Shown piece by piece: positions 17,875 through 27,528 of a DNA stretch of 64,000 nt (position 1 is the stretch's first letter; the number at the start of each line of letters is the position of its first letter). A program made the translations under genes and the position numbers. Origin of the DNA: an uncultured Thermodesulfobacteriota bacterium (GTDB lineage: Bacteria; Desulfobacterota; GWC2-55-46; JADFVP01); NCBI GenBank assembly GCA_964407495.1, contig CAYOVP010000003.1, forward strand, positions 1,484-65,483, given 5' to 3'. The notes under the pieces were generated by a model that saw only the letters and a list, made by a program, of their open reading frames with translations, made no database searches and had not been told where the DNA came from.

Positions 17875-18975
17875 CTACTTCTGGTTGGCGGCGAATATGA
17901 GTTCAAACTCGCCGGCGACCTCCCTGAAGGCCTTGTAAATCTCCGGGTCAAAACCGTGGCTCTCCGACCTGTCCATGATGGAGAGCGACTTTTCGTGGTC
18001 ATAGGGCGGCTTGTAGGGCCTCTTGCTCCGAAGCGCATCATACATGTCCACAAGATGTACTATGCGCCCGCTGACCGGTATCTCAGTCTTGGTCCGTCCC
18101 GTAGGGTACCCGCTCCCGTCCCAGCGTTCGTGGTGGTTGAGGGCAATGTCCATCGCGGTCTTGAGGACAACGGGGCCAGGGTTGTGAAGGATGTTGGCCC
18201 CTATCTCACAGTGCCTCTTCATTACGGAATACTCGGTATTCGTAAACTTGCCTGCCTTTAGCAGCACGTTGTCAGGTATGCCTATCTTGCCCACGTCGTG
18301 CATGGGGCTTGCCCTGTATATGGCCTCCACCTCCTCACTGTCGAGCCCCAACTTCTTCGAGAGCAACCGGGCATAGAGGCTTATCCTCCTGATATGCGCG
18401 CCTGTCTCCTTGTCGCGGTACTCGGCGGCGAGGGTGAGCCGCGCAACGGTCTCAAGATAACTGCTCCTTATCTGCTCATAGGCCTCCTCAAGTTCGAGTG
18501 TCCTCGTCTTCATCTCGTGTTCAATGGCCTTTCTGCTCTCAATGAGGTAGTTCTCATACTTTCTCACCTTGAGTAGGTTTCGCACACGAAGACAGAGTTC
18601 GGTCTGGTCAACCGGCTTGTTGAGAAAATCGTCTGCCCCGGCCTCCAGGCCCTTGAGCCTCGATTCCTTGTCCTGGAGGGTAGTTACGATTATTACCGGC
18701 GTGTACATGGTGCGAGGGTCGCTCTTCAGATGCCGCGTGAGTTCAAAACCATTCATCCCCGGCATGACGACATCGGTGATGACAAGGTCTGGTTCTACTC
18801 GGAAAGACTCCTGCACAGCCTCCAGACCGTCCTCTACCGTAAGGGTCTCGTACCCCATCTCCTCGAGAAAATCCCTGAAGACCTCGCGAAAGAATACATC
18901 ATCGTCTGCAACGAGTACGAGAGACCCGCTCGCGTCTGAGATGACTTGCGGGATATCCTGTTTTTTTCTGTTCAT
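17875..18975 (-). CDS. Response regulator receiver + HD-GYP cyclic di-GMP phosphodiesterase (RpfG-like)
   Basis: LVADDD...DVVMPG...KP receiver; MHDVGKIGIPD, HHERWDGSGYP, DMYDAL. Confidence 0.93.
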   Translation of the reverse strand: MNRKKQDIPQVISDASGSLVLVADDDVFFREVFRDFLEEMGYETLTVEDGLEAVQESFRVEPDLVITDVVMPGMNGFELTRHLKSDPRTMYTPVIIVTTLQDKESRLKGLEAGADDFLNKPVDQTELCLRVRNLLKVRKYENYLIESRKAIEHEMKTRTLELEEAYEQIRSSYLETVARLTLAAEYRDKETGAHIRRISLYARLLSKKLGLDSEEVEAIYRASPMHDVGKIGIPDNVLLKAGKFTNTEYSVMKRHCEIGANILHNPGPVVLKTAMDIALNHHERWDGSGYPTGRTKTEIPVSGRIVHLVDMYDALRSKRPYKPPYDHEKSLSIMDRSESHGFDPEIYKAFREVAGEFELIFAANQK

Positions 18976-19443
18976 AGCCTTCTCCTCGATGAACTCCTTC
19001 TCTCTGTTCATCCGGTTAAGGATAAAACATCGGCGCCATGCAGTAAAGATTTTTTATCATCTTGAAGGAGGTTTCACGATGATCTGCAGGGGCTTGGTCT
19101 GCAGTTATTCTTTTACGTAGGATAGGTGCGGCCTGCCGACCGAACTCAATGATGTGAACCGCCTCCGGGGCCATGCAAAAAAAAGGATTTAATGGAGGCT
19201 GATAGGGTATGCGGTGTCTCTATGTCTGTTTATCGGCAGTGATGGTCCGCGTTATAGGCAAGATGAAGCGGACCGTGGAGTTGGGGGCAGAAGAGTGGGT
19301 ATGGTTCTCTGCGTGTGGTGCTCTCGATGCCCTTCCCATTCTTTAGCACCGCCCTTATTATCCTCTTTTTTGATCTTCTCCCGATGTGACCCTGGTAACT
19401 GACACAAGTTCTTTCCTGGAGTATGTTTTTCTGTGGAAGACCC

Positions 19444-19472
19444 TTGACATGAGAGAGGCGATTTACTATTAT
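19444..19472 (+). promoter_or_regulatory. sigma70-type promoter of the M23 peptidase gene
   Basis: TTGACA-17-TATTAT. Confidence 0.55.
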
Positions 19473-19530
19473 TAGCGGGATTTGAGCCCTTGGGTCGCGA
19501 TTTACACCGTGGCGGCGCACTTACCTGGAG

Positions 19531-20790
19531 ATGCCCTTGAAGAGGCTTGTGAAAAAAACTTACCGAGGCCACGTCCTCGCTACCCTTGTCATAGGTATAT
19601 TCGTAATCACAGGTCTGATCTTCATATACAGCCCCGATGCCTCCTCCAACAAGGACATGGGGCAGACCCCTCCGCCCCAAAACCAACCCCAGAGACACGA
19701 CATAGAGATATCGTCCTCAGACACCTTTTACGGCGTCATGAGGGGCTTTGATATCAGCCCTCAGGAGATAAAGAAGATAACAAGGGCTGCAAGACCCTTT
19801 TACAACCTATCCAGGCTCCGCCGGGGCTCGGTTGTAAGCGTCTTCACCCTTGATGGGAAGATCAGAAAAATCCTCTTCAAGATGGACCCCTACGATGAAC
19901 TCGTCATCACGCCCGACCCTGAGGCAAAGTACGGATTTACTGTTGCAAGGCAGGCACTGCCCCGGGAGGTGAGGCTCAGGAAGGCTACCGGCGTAATCAA
20001 CACCTCGCTTTACCGCGCGGCCCTGGACGCGGGCCTCTCACCCTCTGTCATTCTCACCCTCTCTGACATCTTTGCCTGGGACGTGGACTTTTCCACTGAT
20101 ATGAGGCAGGGCGATACCTTCAAGGTCCTCTATGAAGAGATATACGTAGACGGCAAGTTCGTGGAGAACGGCGCTGTCGTGGGGGCTGAACTCACGAGTA
20201 GCGGCAGGAACTACAAAGCCATATATTACAAGGACAGCAAGGGCAGGGCCGGTTACTACGACCTTCAGGGCCGGTCTCTCAGAAGGATGCTCCTGCGCTC
20301 GCCCCTCCGCTACCGGCGTATAAGCAGTTACTTCACGGAGCGCCGATACCACCCCATACTCAAGAAGTACAGGCCCCATCATGGCATAGACTATGCCGCG
20401 CCCAGGGGCACGCCTGTTGATGCCGCAGGCTCTGGGAGGGTAACCTTTGCAGGGTGGAAGCGTGGCTATGGAAGATTCATAACCATTAAGCACAGTAATG
20501 GATATTCTACTGGATACGGCCACCTCTCACGGATAAGAAAGGGCATACGCCGCGGTGTACATGTCGAGCAGGGCGAGGTAATAGGCTACGTTGGCTCGAG
20601 CGGGCTGTCCACGGGCCCCCACCTCCACTACGAGGTCCGTAAGGGTAGAAAACTCATCAACCCCCTCCGCATACGCGGCAACCCCCTGAAGGCTGTATCC
20701 GGTGCAGATCGCGCGGCCTTTGTCCTCGTAAAGAACGAAGTCCTGAAAAGACTCTCCTCAGAAGAGCCCATAATCTCGGTAAAGAGATAG
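19531..20790 (+). CDS. M23-family murein DD-endopeptidase (MepM-like)
   Basis: N-terminal TM, DIFAWDVDF, HHGIDYAAP (HxxxD), YGHLS, TGPHLHYE (HxH). Confidence 0.92.
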   Translation: MPLKRLVKKTYRGHVLATLVIGIFVITGLIFIYSPDASSNKDMGQTPPPQNQPQRHDIEISSSDTFYGVMRGFDISPQEIKKITRAARPFYNLSRLRRGSVVSVFTLDGKIRKILFKMDPYDELVITPDPEAKYGFTVARQALPREVRLRKATGVINTSLYRAALDAGLSPSVILTLSDIFAWDVDFSTDMRQGDTFKVLYEEIYVDGKFVENGAVVGAELTSSGRNYKAIYYKDSKGRAGYYDLQGRSLRRMLLRSPLRYRRISSYFTERRYHPILKKYRPHHGIDYAAPRGTPVDAAGSGRVTFAGWKRGYGRFITIKHSNGYSTGYGHLSRIRKGIRRGVHVEQGEVIGYVGSSGLSTGPHLHYEVRKGRKLINPLRIRGNPLKAVSGADRAAFVLVKNEVLKRLSSEEPIISVKR

Positions 20791-20970
20791 GACACCGGGC
20801 TGATCCCCCTTTTTTCCCTTCTCCCCTTGCGGTATGCCTTAGTTGCCGCTGGCACTGGTTCTGTCTGGCCTGTTTTCTTTTTTCCAAGATAAGTAAGAGA
20901 TTTCTTATGGGTTGTTTTTTTACTTCTGCCCTGGTCCGGTCTCCTCTTGCACCTTTTTTCCGTTATCTCC

Positions 20971-20998
20971 TTGACAACTCGGCCTCAACAGGTAGAAT
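20971..20998 (+). promoter_or_regulatory. sigma70-type promoter of the btuB leader
   Basis: TTGACA-16-TAGAAT immediately before riboswitch 1. Confidence 0.65.
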
Positions 20999-21007
20999 AG
21001 GATATCC

Positions 21008-21180
21008 ATAGTCACAGGCGGCCCCATGGGGCCTTAATAGGGAAGTACGGTGCAAGACCGTCGCGGACCCGCCGCTGTAACCGGGGACAAAAGCCGCATA
21101 TGTGCCACTGTTCTCTTCATGGGAACGGGAAGGCGCGGCGAGTAGGATGATCCGGGAGCCAGAAGACCTGCCAGTGATCT
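21008..21180 (+). ncRNA. Cobalamin riboswitch 1
   Basis: TAATAGGGAAGTACGGTGCAAGACCG...CCCGCCGCTGTAA...GCCACTG...GGGAAGG...GAGCCAGAAGACCTGCC (B12 box). Confidence 0.93.
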
Positions 21181-21245
21181 GCTAAGTTTTTTCGTCCCTC
21201 GTGGAAAGGGGGGTGGAATCATGCCTGGAGGATGAAAAACGGCAT

Positions 21246-21281
21246 CCCCGGACTCCTGTTGCAAGGGGTCCGGGTTTTTTT
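21246..21281 (+). terminator. Intrinsic terminator downstream of riboswitch 1
   Basis: CCCGGACTCCT-GTTGCA-AGGGGTCCGGG followed by a U-tract. Confidence 0.75.
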
Positions 21282-21373
21282 GTCTCATCAAGGTGGACCA
21301 CTGGCAGAAAGGAGGTGTTGGCGACTGCGCGGGAGTGGCGCAGGCAGAGGAAAACAGGCCATAGATAATCAAT

Positions 21374-21522
21374 CGTCATGGTGCAAGGGAAGGGGGTGAG
21401 AGGCCCCCGCCGCCCCGCGACTGTAACCGGGTACGAAGGCCGCAGGCATGCCACTGTCTCCAGGGAGATGGGAAGGTGTGGCCAGTAGGATGATCCGGGA
21501 GCCAGGAGACCTGAGCCATGTC
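21374..21522 (+). ncRNA. Cobalamin riboswitch 2 (short P2 variant)
   Basis: GGTGCAAGGGAAGGGGGTGAGAGGCCCCC..CCCCGCGACTGTAA...GCCACTG...GGGAAGG...GAGCCAGGAGACCTG. Confidence 0.9.
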
Positions 21523-21568
21523 CTCATATCGCTTCGAGCCCCGAGGGGGGCGGAAAGGAGACCAGAAC

Positions 21569-23488
21569 GTGAGGTACATCTCTATATTATTGTGTTTTTT
21601 TCTCTACACGAGTCTTCATCTGGCCATTGCAGTAGAGAGCGCCGTGGCCGGTGAAGAGGCAGACAAGGTGATTGTGACGGCAACGAGGATAGAGACACCG
21701 GTGGACGAAGTTGGAAGCGATGTTACGATAATCAGCGGGAAAGAGATAGAGAAGTCGCAGAAGAAGACCGTTGCAGAAATACTTCGCGGTGTTGGTAGCC
21801 TTGACGTGGTCCGAACAGGCGGACCAGGGAGCACCACGAGCGTCTTTATCCGCGGGGCCAAGGCCGAGCACACGCTCGTGATGATAGACGGCGTGGAGAT
21901 GAATGACCCCATCTCCGCTGGACGCACCTTCAACTTCGCAGACCTCACGGTGGACAACATAGAGCGCATAGAAATAATAAAGGGGCCGCAGAGCACGCTC
22001 TATGGTTCGGACGCAATGGGAGGCGTCATCAATATAATCACAAAGAAGGGTTCTGGCAGACCCCGGGCCTTCATAAGCGGCGAGGCCGGGTCATTCAGCA
22101 CTTACCGCGAGAGCGCGGGGCTGAGCGGCGGCACGTCGCTGGTTAATTATTCCTTGAGCCTCTCGCGCGAGGACACGGATGGTATCTCCTCTGCCGCGGC
22201 AAAGGACGGTAATACCGAGGCAGATGCCTATGAGAATACCACTGTTGCAGGCCGCTTCGGCCTCACCCCTACTGAGTATCTCTCCCTCGACCTCACTGCC
22301 AGGTACACCGACGCGAGGCACGATATAGACAACGGAGGCGGGAGGGGCATGGACGACCCGAACAACACCATGGAATCGAAGAGATTGTCCTTTCGTACCT
22401 CTGCGAGCCTCTTTCTCTTAGATGGCATACTGGAGAATACGGTTGGTTTTTCTCTTACAGACCAGGAGAGCGAGAACAACAACGGCACCGACCCGCTTCA
22501 TCCTGCGAGCCTGACCCTGAGTTCCTTTGACAGTCAGTCGAGAAAGACCGATCTCCAGAGTACGCTCCGCATGGGCCGTGCAGGGACCCTCACGGCAGGC
22601 ATAGAATACGAGGAAGAGGAGGGAGAGTCCAAGTTCCATTCAGAGAGCGCTTGGGGTCCCTTTACGAGCAACTTCAGCAACCAGAAGGCCCGCAACACGG
22701 GTTATTACGCAGAGGAGAGCATAGGGTTTTTCGAGCGCCTCTTCCTTACCGTGGGCGTACGCTCGGACAATCACAACAGGTTCGGCTCCGAGACCACCTA
22801 CAGGGCTACGGGCGCCTACAAGATCAAGGAGACGGGCACAACGCTGAAGGCCACCTTTGGCACTGGTTTCAAGGCCCCAACGCTCTTTCAACTCTTCTCG
22901 CAGTACGGCGATGTGCATCTTCTTCCAGAGACGAGCACGGGCTGGGATGCCGGCATCGAGCAGACCCTTGCCAGCGGCAGGGTGAGCCTCGGCGTCACGT
23001 ACTTTGCCAACAACTTCGACGACCTCATCGACTTCGACAGTGCTACCTGGAAGTACAGGAATATCTCCGGGGCAGAGACAAGCGGCGTCGAGATCAGCGC
23101 CATGGTGAGGCCTCTCGACGACCTTTCCATTCGCGCACGCTACACATATACGGATACGCTCGACAGGTCCACGAGGATGCAACTTCTTCGCCGCGCACCA
23201 AACAGTCTCAGTCTGAAGATGGTCTATGATTTTTCGGACAAGGGCAACGTGAACATGGACATAAACTACGTTGGCACACGTGATGACAAAGACTTCTCCA
23301 CCTTTCCGGCCACGCGCGTTACCCTTGGGCCCTATACCCTCGTTGACCTTGCCGCATCCTATGCGCTCACCAAGAACGTGACCATTACCGGTCGCATAGA
23401 GAACCTTCTTGACCAGGACTACGAAGAAGTGGCGGGCTTTGGTACGCCAGGCATAGGGGCCTACGGCGGCGTGAGGGTTACATTTTAG
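21569..23488 (+). CDS. btuB: TonB-dependent cobalamin receptor
   Basis: Signal peptide, TonB box VIVTATR, plug (SVFIRGA...VMIDGV, IERIEIIKGPQSTLYGSDAMGGVINIITK), C-terminal F; follows B12 riboswitches; GTG start with AAAGGAG RBS. Confidence 0.92.
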   Translation: MRYISILLCFFLYTSLHLAIAVESAVAGEEADKVIVTATRIETPVDEVGSDVTIISGKEIEKSQKKTVAEILRGVGSLDVVRTGGPGSTTSVFIRGAKAEHTLVMIDGVEMNDPISAGRTFNFADLTVDNIERIEIIKGPQSTLYGSDAMGGVINIITKKGSGRPRAFISGEAGSFSTYRESAGLSGGTSLVNYSLSLSREDTDGISSAAAKDGNTEADAYENTTVAGRFGLTPTEYLSLDLTARYTDARHDIDNGGGRGMDDPNNTMESKRLSFRTSASLFLLDGILENTVGFSLTDQESENNNGTDPLHPASLTLSSFDSQSRKTDLQSTLRMGRAGTLTAGIEYEEEEGESKFHSESAWGPFTSNFSNQKARNTGYYAEESIGFFERLFLTVGVRSDNHNRFGSETTYRATGAYKIKETGTTLKATFGTGFKAPTLFQLFSQYGDVHLLPETSTGWDAGIEQTLASGRVSLGVTYFANNFDDLIDFDSATWKYRNISGAETSGVEISAMVRPLDDLSIRARYTYTDTLDRSTRMQLLRRAPNSLSLKMVYDFSDKGNVNMDINYVGTRDDKDFSTFPATRVTLGPYTLVDLAASYALTKNVTITGRIENLLDQDYEEVAGFGTPGIGAYGGVRVTF

Positions 23489-23540
23489 GTGAAGGCCAGG
23501 TGTGCCAGTACAACTCGTGAAAACAAGGGGGTAGGCGACC

Positions 23541-24716
23541 TTGAAGACAGGTGCCTCTGAGAGTGAAGATAGGCTTCATGTCATGGGAGAGGTTTTCCCC
23601 CCTGGTATCAGAACCATCTCCCTTGGAAGGGTACCCGCGTACCTCGGGGACAAGGGACTTACACTGCCCCTTGCGCTCTCGGCCCTTGTTCACGTAGTAT
23701 TTCTTACACTGGTCTTCGGCATCTTTGTTGGGGGGCACGGTCCCGTAGGGGCCGGGGGGTCAGTTGTCTTCGTGGATATTTCCGCCCTTTCGACCGGGCC
23801 TCGTCACCGGGGGGCCGGGCTTCCATCGCACGGTCATATAAGCATGGATCCGGCCAGGGGGGCTCTGACACTGGCCAGAGGCCACGAGGACGCCGTCCGG
23901 CGGAGGGAGGATACGCCGGTGTCGTCTGCAAGGACCGTAAAGACCGGTCTCGGCGCCAGCCCCAGGCACCTCCTCAATAGCGGCCCTGTAGAGGCCCTCC
24001 CGTCACCAGGGGTAACCAGGGAAGGGGGAGTCTTGGTGAAAGGCCGTGTGGCAATGAAGGCGGAGGGCGGGGATATTGCGATCAAGACCAAAGACAGGGA
24101 AAAAACAGTTGACCCAGGAGAGGGAGGGACGGGGAGCGCCAATGATGCCCCTTCCAATGGCGGCCTCCATGCCTTGGGTGCCCTCAGGGCAGAACCCCTC
24201 CGGGGCGCCAAGGACGAGACCGCTGACAATGAGATGCAAGTAAACTCCGGGGCTCATGGAGGGCAGGAGAAGGGGCAGGGTCTTGTGGTTGCCTCTATCT
24301 CTGACCGTGCCATGAGCAGGCCCCTGCTGGGAGGGGCCGCGCAGTTGGGAGGGAAAGGCAGTGAGGGGGCGGAGGAGGCGGCCCCTGGCAGAGGGGCTGG
24401 CCAGGGGCATCATGCAGGGCCTTCTGGTACGGGAAGCGGGGTGAGCATAAGGGGACTCCGGGCCCCGGCATACCCCCTTATATCGAGACTCCGGGGCGAG
24501 GAAGGGACGGTAGAGATAGGGGTCGAGATAGGCCCGGGCGGGGCCCTCTTGAGCGCAAGGGTAAGCAGATCGAGCGGTTTTGCCTCCCTTGACAGGGCCG
24601 CACTCAAGGCCGTAAGGGCCGCCCGTTTCTCGGCACGGGGTATCATGCCCGGTGCCTCACCATACAAGAAAAACATTGTCTTTGTCTTCAGGCTCAAGGA
24701 TAGGCGTGAGAATTAA
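23541..24716 (+). CDS. tonB: TonB-family energy transducer with long Gly/Ala/Pro-rich linker
   Basis: TM anchor with SALVH (SxxxH); C-terminal YPLISRLRGEEGTV...SSGFASLDRAALKAV; start uncertain. Confidence 0.78.
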   Translation: MKTGASESEDRLHVMGEVFPPGIRTISLGRVPAYLGDKGLTLPLALSALVHVVFLTLVFGIFVGGHGPVGAGGSVVFVDISALSTGPRHRGAGLPSHGHISMDPARGALTLARGHEDAVRRREDTPVSSARTVKTGLGASPRHLLNSGPVEALPSPGVTREGGVLVKGRVAMKAEGGDIAIKTKDREKTVDPGEGGTGSANDAPSNGGLHALGALRAEPLRGAKDETADNEMQVNSGAHGGQEKGQGLVVASISDRAMSRPLLGGAAQLGGKGSEGAEEAAPGRGAGQGHHAGPSGTGSGVSIRGLRAPAYPLISRLRGEEGTVEIGVEIGPGGALLSARVSRSSGFASLDRAALKAVRAARFSARGIMPGASPYKKNIVFVFRLKDRREN

Positions 24717-25671
24717 GCCGCTCTTCTCTACGAGGAAGGCCCTCATGGGGGTCCTCCTCCTGGTCCTCATCGTGGTTTGTGCTTTTTCATCGTTTGCTTG
24801 GGCCGGTCGCGAGGGTTCTTCCCATGGTACCTCCACCGGCCTGGGGCAGCGCATAGTCTCGCTCTCACCCGGTGTTACTGAGACCCTATTCGCCCTTGGC
24901 CTCGGCCCCCGCGTCGTGGGCGTGACGCGTTTCTGCTCATACCCGCCAGAGGCCTGCATGCTCCCCAAGGTGGGTGGCTTTGTAGACCCCAATTATGAGG
25001 CCATTGCATCTCTTGGTCCAGACGTGGCCGTGGTCCTGCCCGAGCAGGCCGGGGTGGCCAGGAACCTCCAGGCCCTCGGGATAAAGACCATTACAGTGAA
25101 CAACAAGACCGTTGAGGACATAATGGGGGCCATAGCCACGCTTGGCCGGGCCTTTGGCGCCCATGGGCGCGCAGAGGCGCTTCTTTCAGACCTCCGTAAG
25201 AGGATGGATGCCCTTGGCCGCAGGGCCCCCGGAGGGCCCAGGCCCCGGGTCCTCGTCTCAGTGGCGCGCGGCATGGGTTCCCTTGGTATGAAGACCGTCT
25301 ACATAGCCGGCAGGGGGAGTTACTTCGATGAACTCGTGAAGATGGCAGGCGGGCGGAACGCCTATGGGAGAAAGACCCCAAAGTACCCCCGCCTCTCATG
25401 GGAAGGTCTCCTCGACCTCGACCCTGACATCATCATAGACCTGGTGCCTTCTCTTGAGAAGAGGGGATGGGACGAGAAGGCCATACTCGCCCAGTGGCGC
25501 GTAATGAAAGGGCTCAGGGCCCTTGACGAGGGCAGGGTCTTTGTCCTCGGAAAGGACTATGTCACCATACCTGGGCCAAGGTTCATACTACTCCTCGAAG
25601 ATATGGCGCGCATAATACACCCCTCGAAGGGGAGGGCAGGGCGCAATGAGACCAAAGGCCATAGAAGTTAG
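24706..25671 (+). CDS. btuF: Cobalamin ABC transporter periplasmic binding protein
   Basis: RIVSLSPGVTETLFALG, VVGVTRFCSYP, PNYEAI, PGPR. Confidence 0.85.
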   Translation: MRIKPLFSTRKALMGVLLLVLIVVCAFSSFAWAGREGSSHGTSTGLGQRIVSLSPGVTETLFALGLGPRVVGVTRFCSYPPEACMLPKVGGFVDPNYEAIASLGPDVAVVLPEQAGVARNLQALGIKTITVNNKTVEDIMGAIATLGRAFGAHGRAEALLSDLRKRMDALGRRAPGGPRPRVLVSVARGMGSLGMKTVYIAGRGSYFDELVKMAGGRNAYGRKTPKYPRLSWEGLLDLDPDIIIDLVPSLEKRGWDEKAILAQWRVMKGLRALDEGRVFVLGKDYVTIPGPRFILLLEDMARIIHPSKGRAGRNETKGHRS

Positions 25672-26431
25672 AGACCTCTTCTTTTCCATAGGAGACAATC
25701 CCATACTGCGGGGCGTCTCGCTGGACGTGGAGACAGGGGAGTTTGTCTCCATAATCGGGCCCAACGGCGCTGGCAAGAGTACGCTCCTCAAGTGCCTCGT
25801 CCGAGTCTATGGCCGGTGGAAGGGAGTGGTGCGCCTCAAGGGCCGCGGACTTGCCAGGTACTCGCAGAGAGAACTTGCCCGCACCATGAGTTACGTGCCG
25901 CAGGCCCGCGACAGGGCCATGCCCTTTACTGTCTTGGAGTTTGTGCTCATGGGCCGCTATCCCCACCTCAGCCCCTTCTCCATCATAGAGAGGGCAGACG
26001 AGTCTGCGGCCATGGAGGCCCTCGCCATGGTGGGCATGGGGGGCTTTGCCCGCCGCGCCATGGATACGCTGAGCGGTGGCGAGCGCCAGAAGGTCCTCAT
26101 AGCCGGGGCCCTCTCGCAGGGCTCGGAGATAATGCTCCTCGATGAACCAACCACCTTCCTCGACCCCCGCCATGAGCACGAGATAATAGACATCCTCAAC
26201 AGGATAAACAATGAGAGGGGCGTAACCATCGTCTCTGTTACACACGACATAAACCATGCCGCCCTTTTCAGCACAAGGATAATCGCCATTAAGGACGGTG
26301 CCGTGGTCTTCACCGGTACGCCCCATGACCTGATGAACGAAGAGGTCCTGGGAGGTATATACGAAAAACCCTTTACCTTTGTCATGCACCCAGTGGCAGG
26401 CAGGCCCGTTGTAATACCGGAGGCTAGGTGA
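25646..26431 (+). CDS. btuD: Cobalamin/iron ABC transporter ATPase
   Basis: GPNGAGKS, LSGGERQ, LLDEPT. Confidence 0.85.
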   Translation: MRPKAIEVRDLFFSIGDNPILRGVSLDVETGEFVSIIGPNGAGKSTLLKCLVRVYGRWKGVVRLKGRGLARYSQRELARTMSYVPQARDRAMPFTVLEFVLMGRYPHLSPFSIIERADESAAMEALAMVGMGGFARRAMDTLSGGERQKVLIAGALSQGSEIMLLDEPTTFLDPRHEHEIIDILNRINNERGVTIVSVTHDINHAALFSTRIIAIKDGAVVFTGTPHDLMNEEVLGGIYEKPFTFVMHPVAGRPVVIPEAR

Positions 26432-27423
26432 GAAGGGTTGCTCTGAAGAAGAGGAGGCTCCTTGGCGTGCTCCTCGCTCTGGCATTTCTATCTCTGCTCC
26501 TGACCCCCTTTGCCGGTATAATGACCATTCACGCAGGCGACGTTCTTGGGGGCACTGGAGGAGCGAATGTCTTCTGGGAGATAAGGGTGGCGAGGGTGCT
26601 CACTGCCTTTGTCGCCGGAGCGGCCCTCTCTCTGAGCGGCATGACCTTCCAGGCCATCTTCCGTAATCCCCTTGCAACTCCCTTTACCCTTGGTGTAGCC
26701 AATGGGGCGGCCCTCGGGGCCGCGCTCTCCATCTGGCTTGGCCTTGGGTTCAGCATCCTCGGGTTCCCGGGTGACTCGGTCTTTGCATTCATGGGCGCAG
26801 GCGCCGCCATATTCCTCGTATACGGCCTTACGAGGCTGAGACGCGGCCTATCCACACTTACCATGCTCCTTGCCGGTGTTGCCGTGGGGGCCTTCTGCTC
26901 ATCCATCATACTCTTCATCCAGTACATGAGCGATTTTACCCAGTCCTTCCAGATCATACGCTGGCTCATGGGCGGGCTCGAGGTAGTGGGATATGAGCCG
27001 CTACTCGAGATGCTCCCCTTTGTGGCCGCAGGGGCCCTTGTAATATTCTTTATTTCACGGGAACTCAATCTCATGATAACAGGCGAGGAGGTGGCCGTGA
27101 GCCGGGGCGTAAACGTGAGGCGCACGAGGCTCCTTGCCTTCCTCGCCACATCCGTGATGGTGGGCGGCGTGGTCTCGGTCTGCGGGCCCATTGGGTTTGT
27201 GGGCATGATGGCCCCTCATATCTGCAGGCTCGTCATTGGTCAGGACCACAGATATCTTGCCCCGGCCTCTCTTCTCTTTGGCGGTGCCTTTCTCCTTCTC
27301 TGCGACACGCTTGCAAGGACCATAATATCGCCTGCAGAGATACCCGTGGGGGTGATTACCGCACTCCTTGGTGGGCCTTTCTTCATCTGGCTCCTCATGG
27401 GAAGGAAGGGTCCTGCGCTCTGA
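26428..27423 (+). CDS. btuC: Cobalamin/iron ABC transporter permease (FecCD family)
   Basis: RNPLATPFTLG, GPIGFVG..PH, EIPVGVITALLGGPFF. Confidence 0.87.
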   Translation: MRRVALKKRRLLGVLLALAFLSLLLTPFAGIMTIHAGDVLGGTGGANVFWEIRVARVLTAFVAGAALSLSGMTFQAIFRNPLATPFTLGVANGAALGAALSIWLGLGFSILGFPGDSVFAFMGAGAAIFLVYGLTRLRRGLSTLTMLLAGVAVGAFCSSIILFIQYMSDFTQSFQIIRWLMGGLEVVGYEPLLEMLPFVAAGALVIFFISRELNLMITGEEVAVSRGVNVRRTRLLAFLATSVMVGGVVSVCGPIGFVGMMAPHICRLVIGQDHRYLAPASLLFGGAFLLLCDTLARTIISPAEIPVGVITALLGGPFFIWLLMGRKGPAL

Positions 27424-27528
27424 TGGTTATGTAACCATGGCCTGGGCGGATAAAGAGAGTGACCGGCTATGGCGGGAAAGAAAGGACATATGGTTGTGCT
27501 TGGGAGAGAGAGGGGGCTACAACAGTAG

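Noticed and set aside
21318-21368. 16-aa ORF after a strong SD between the riboswitches
   Set aside because: SD-to-TTG spacing is only 2 nt; more likely a vestigial RBS or structural element
21518-21568. Track start of btuB at ATG 21518
   Set aside because: Lies in the P1 stem of riboswitch 2 without an RBS; GTG 21569 has an RBS and gives a proper signal peptide
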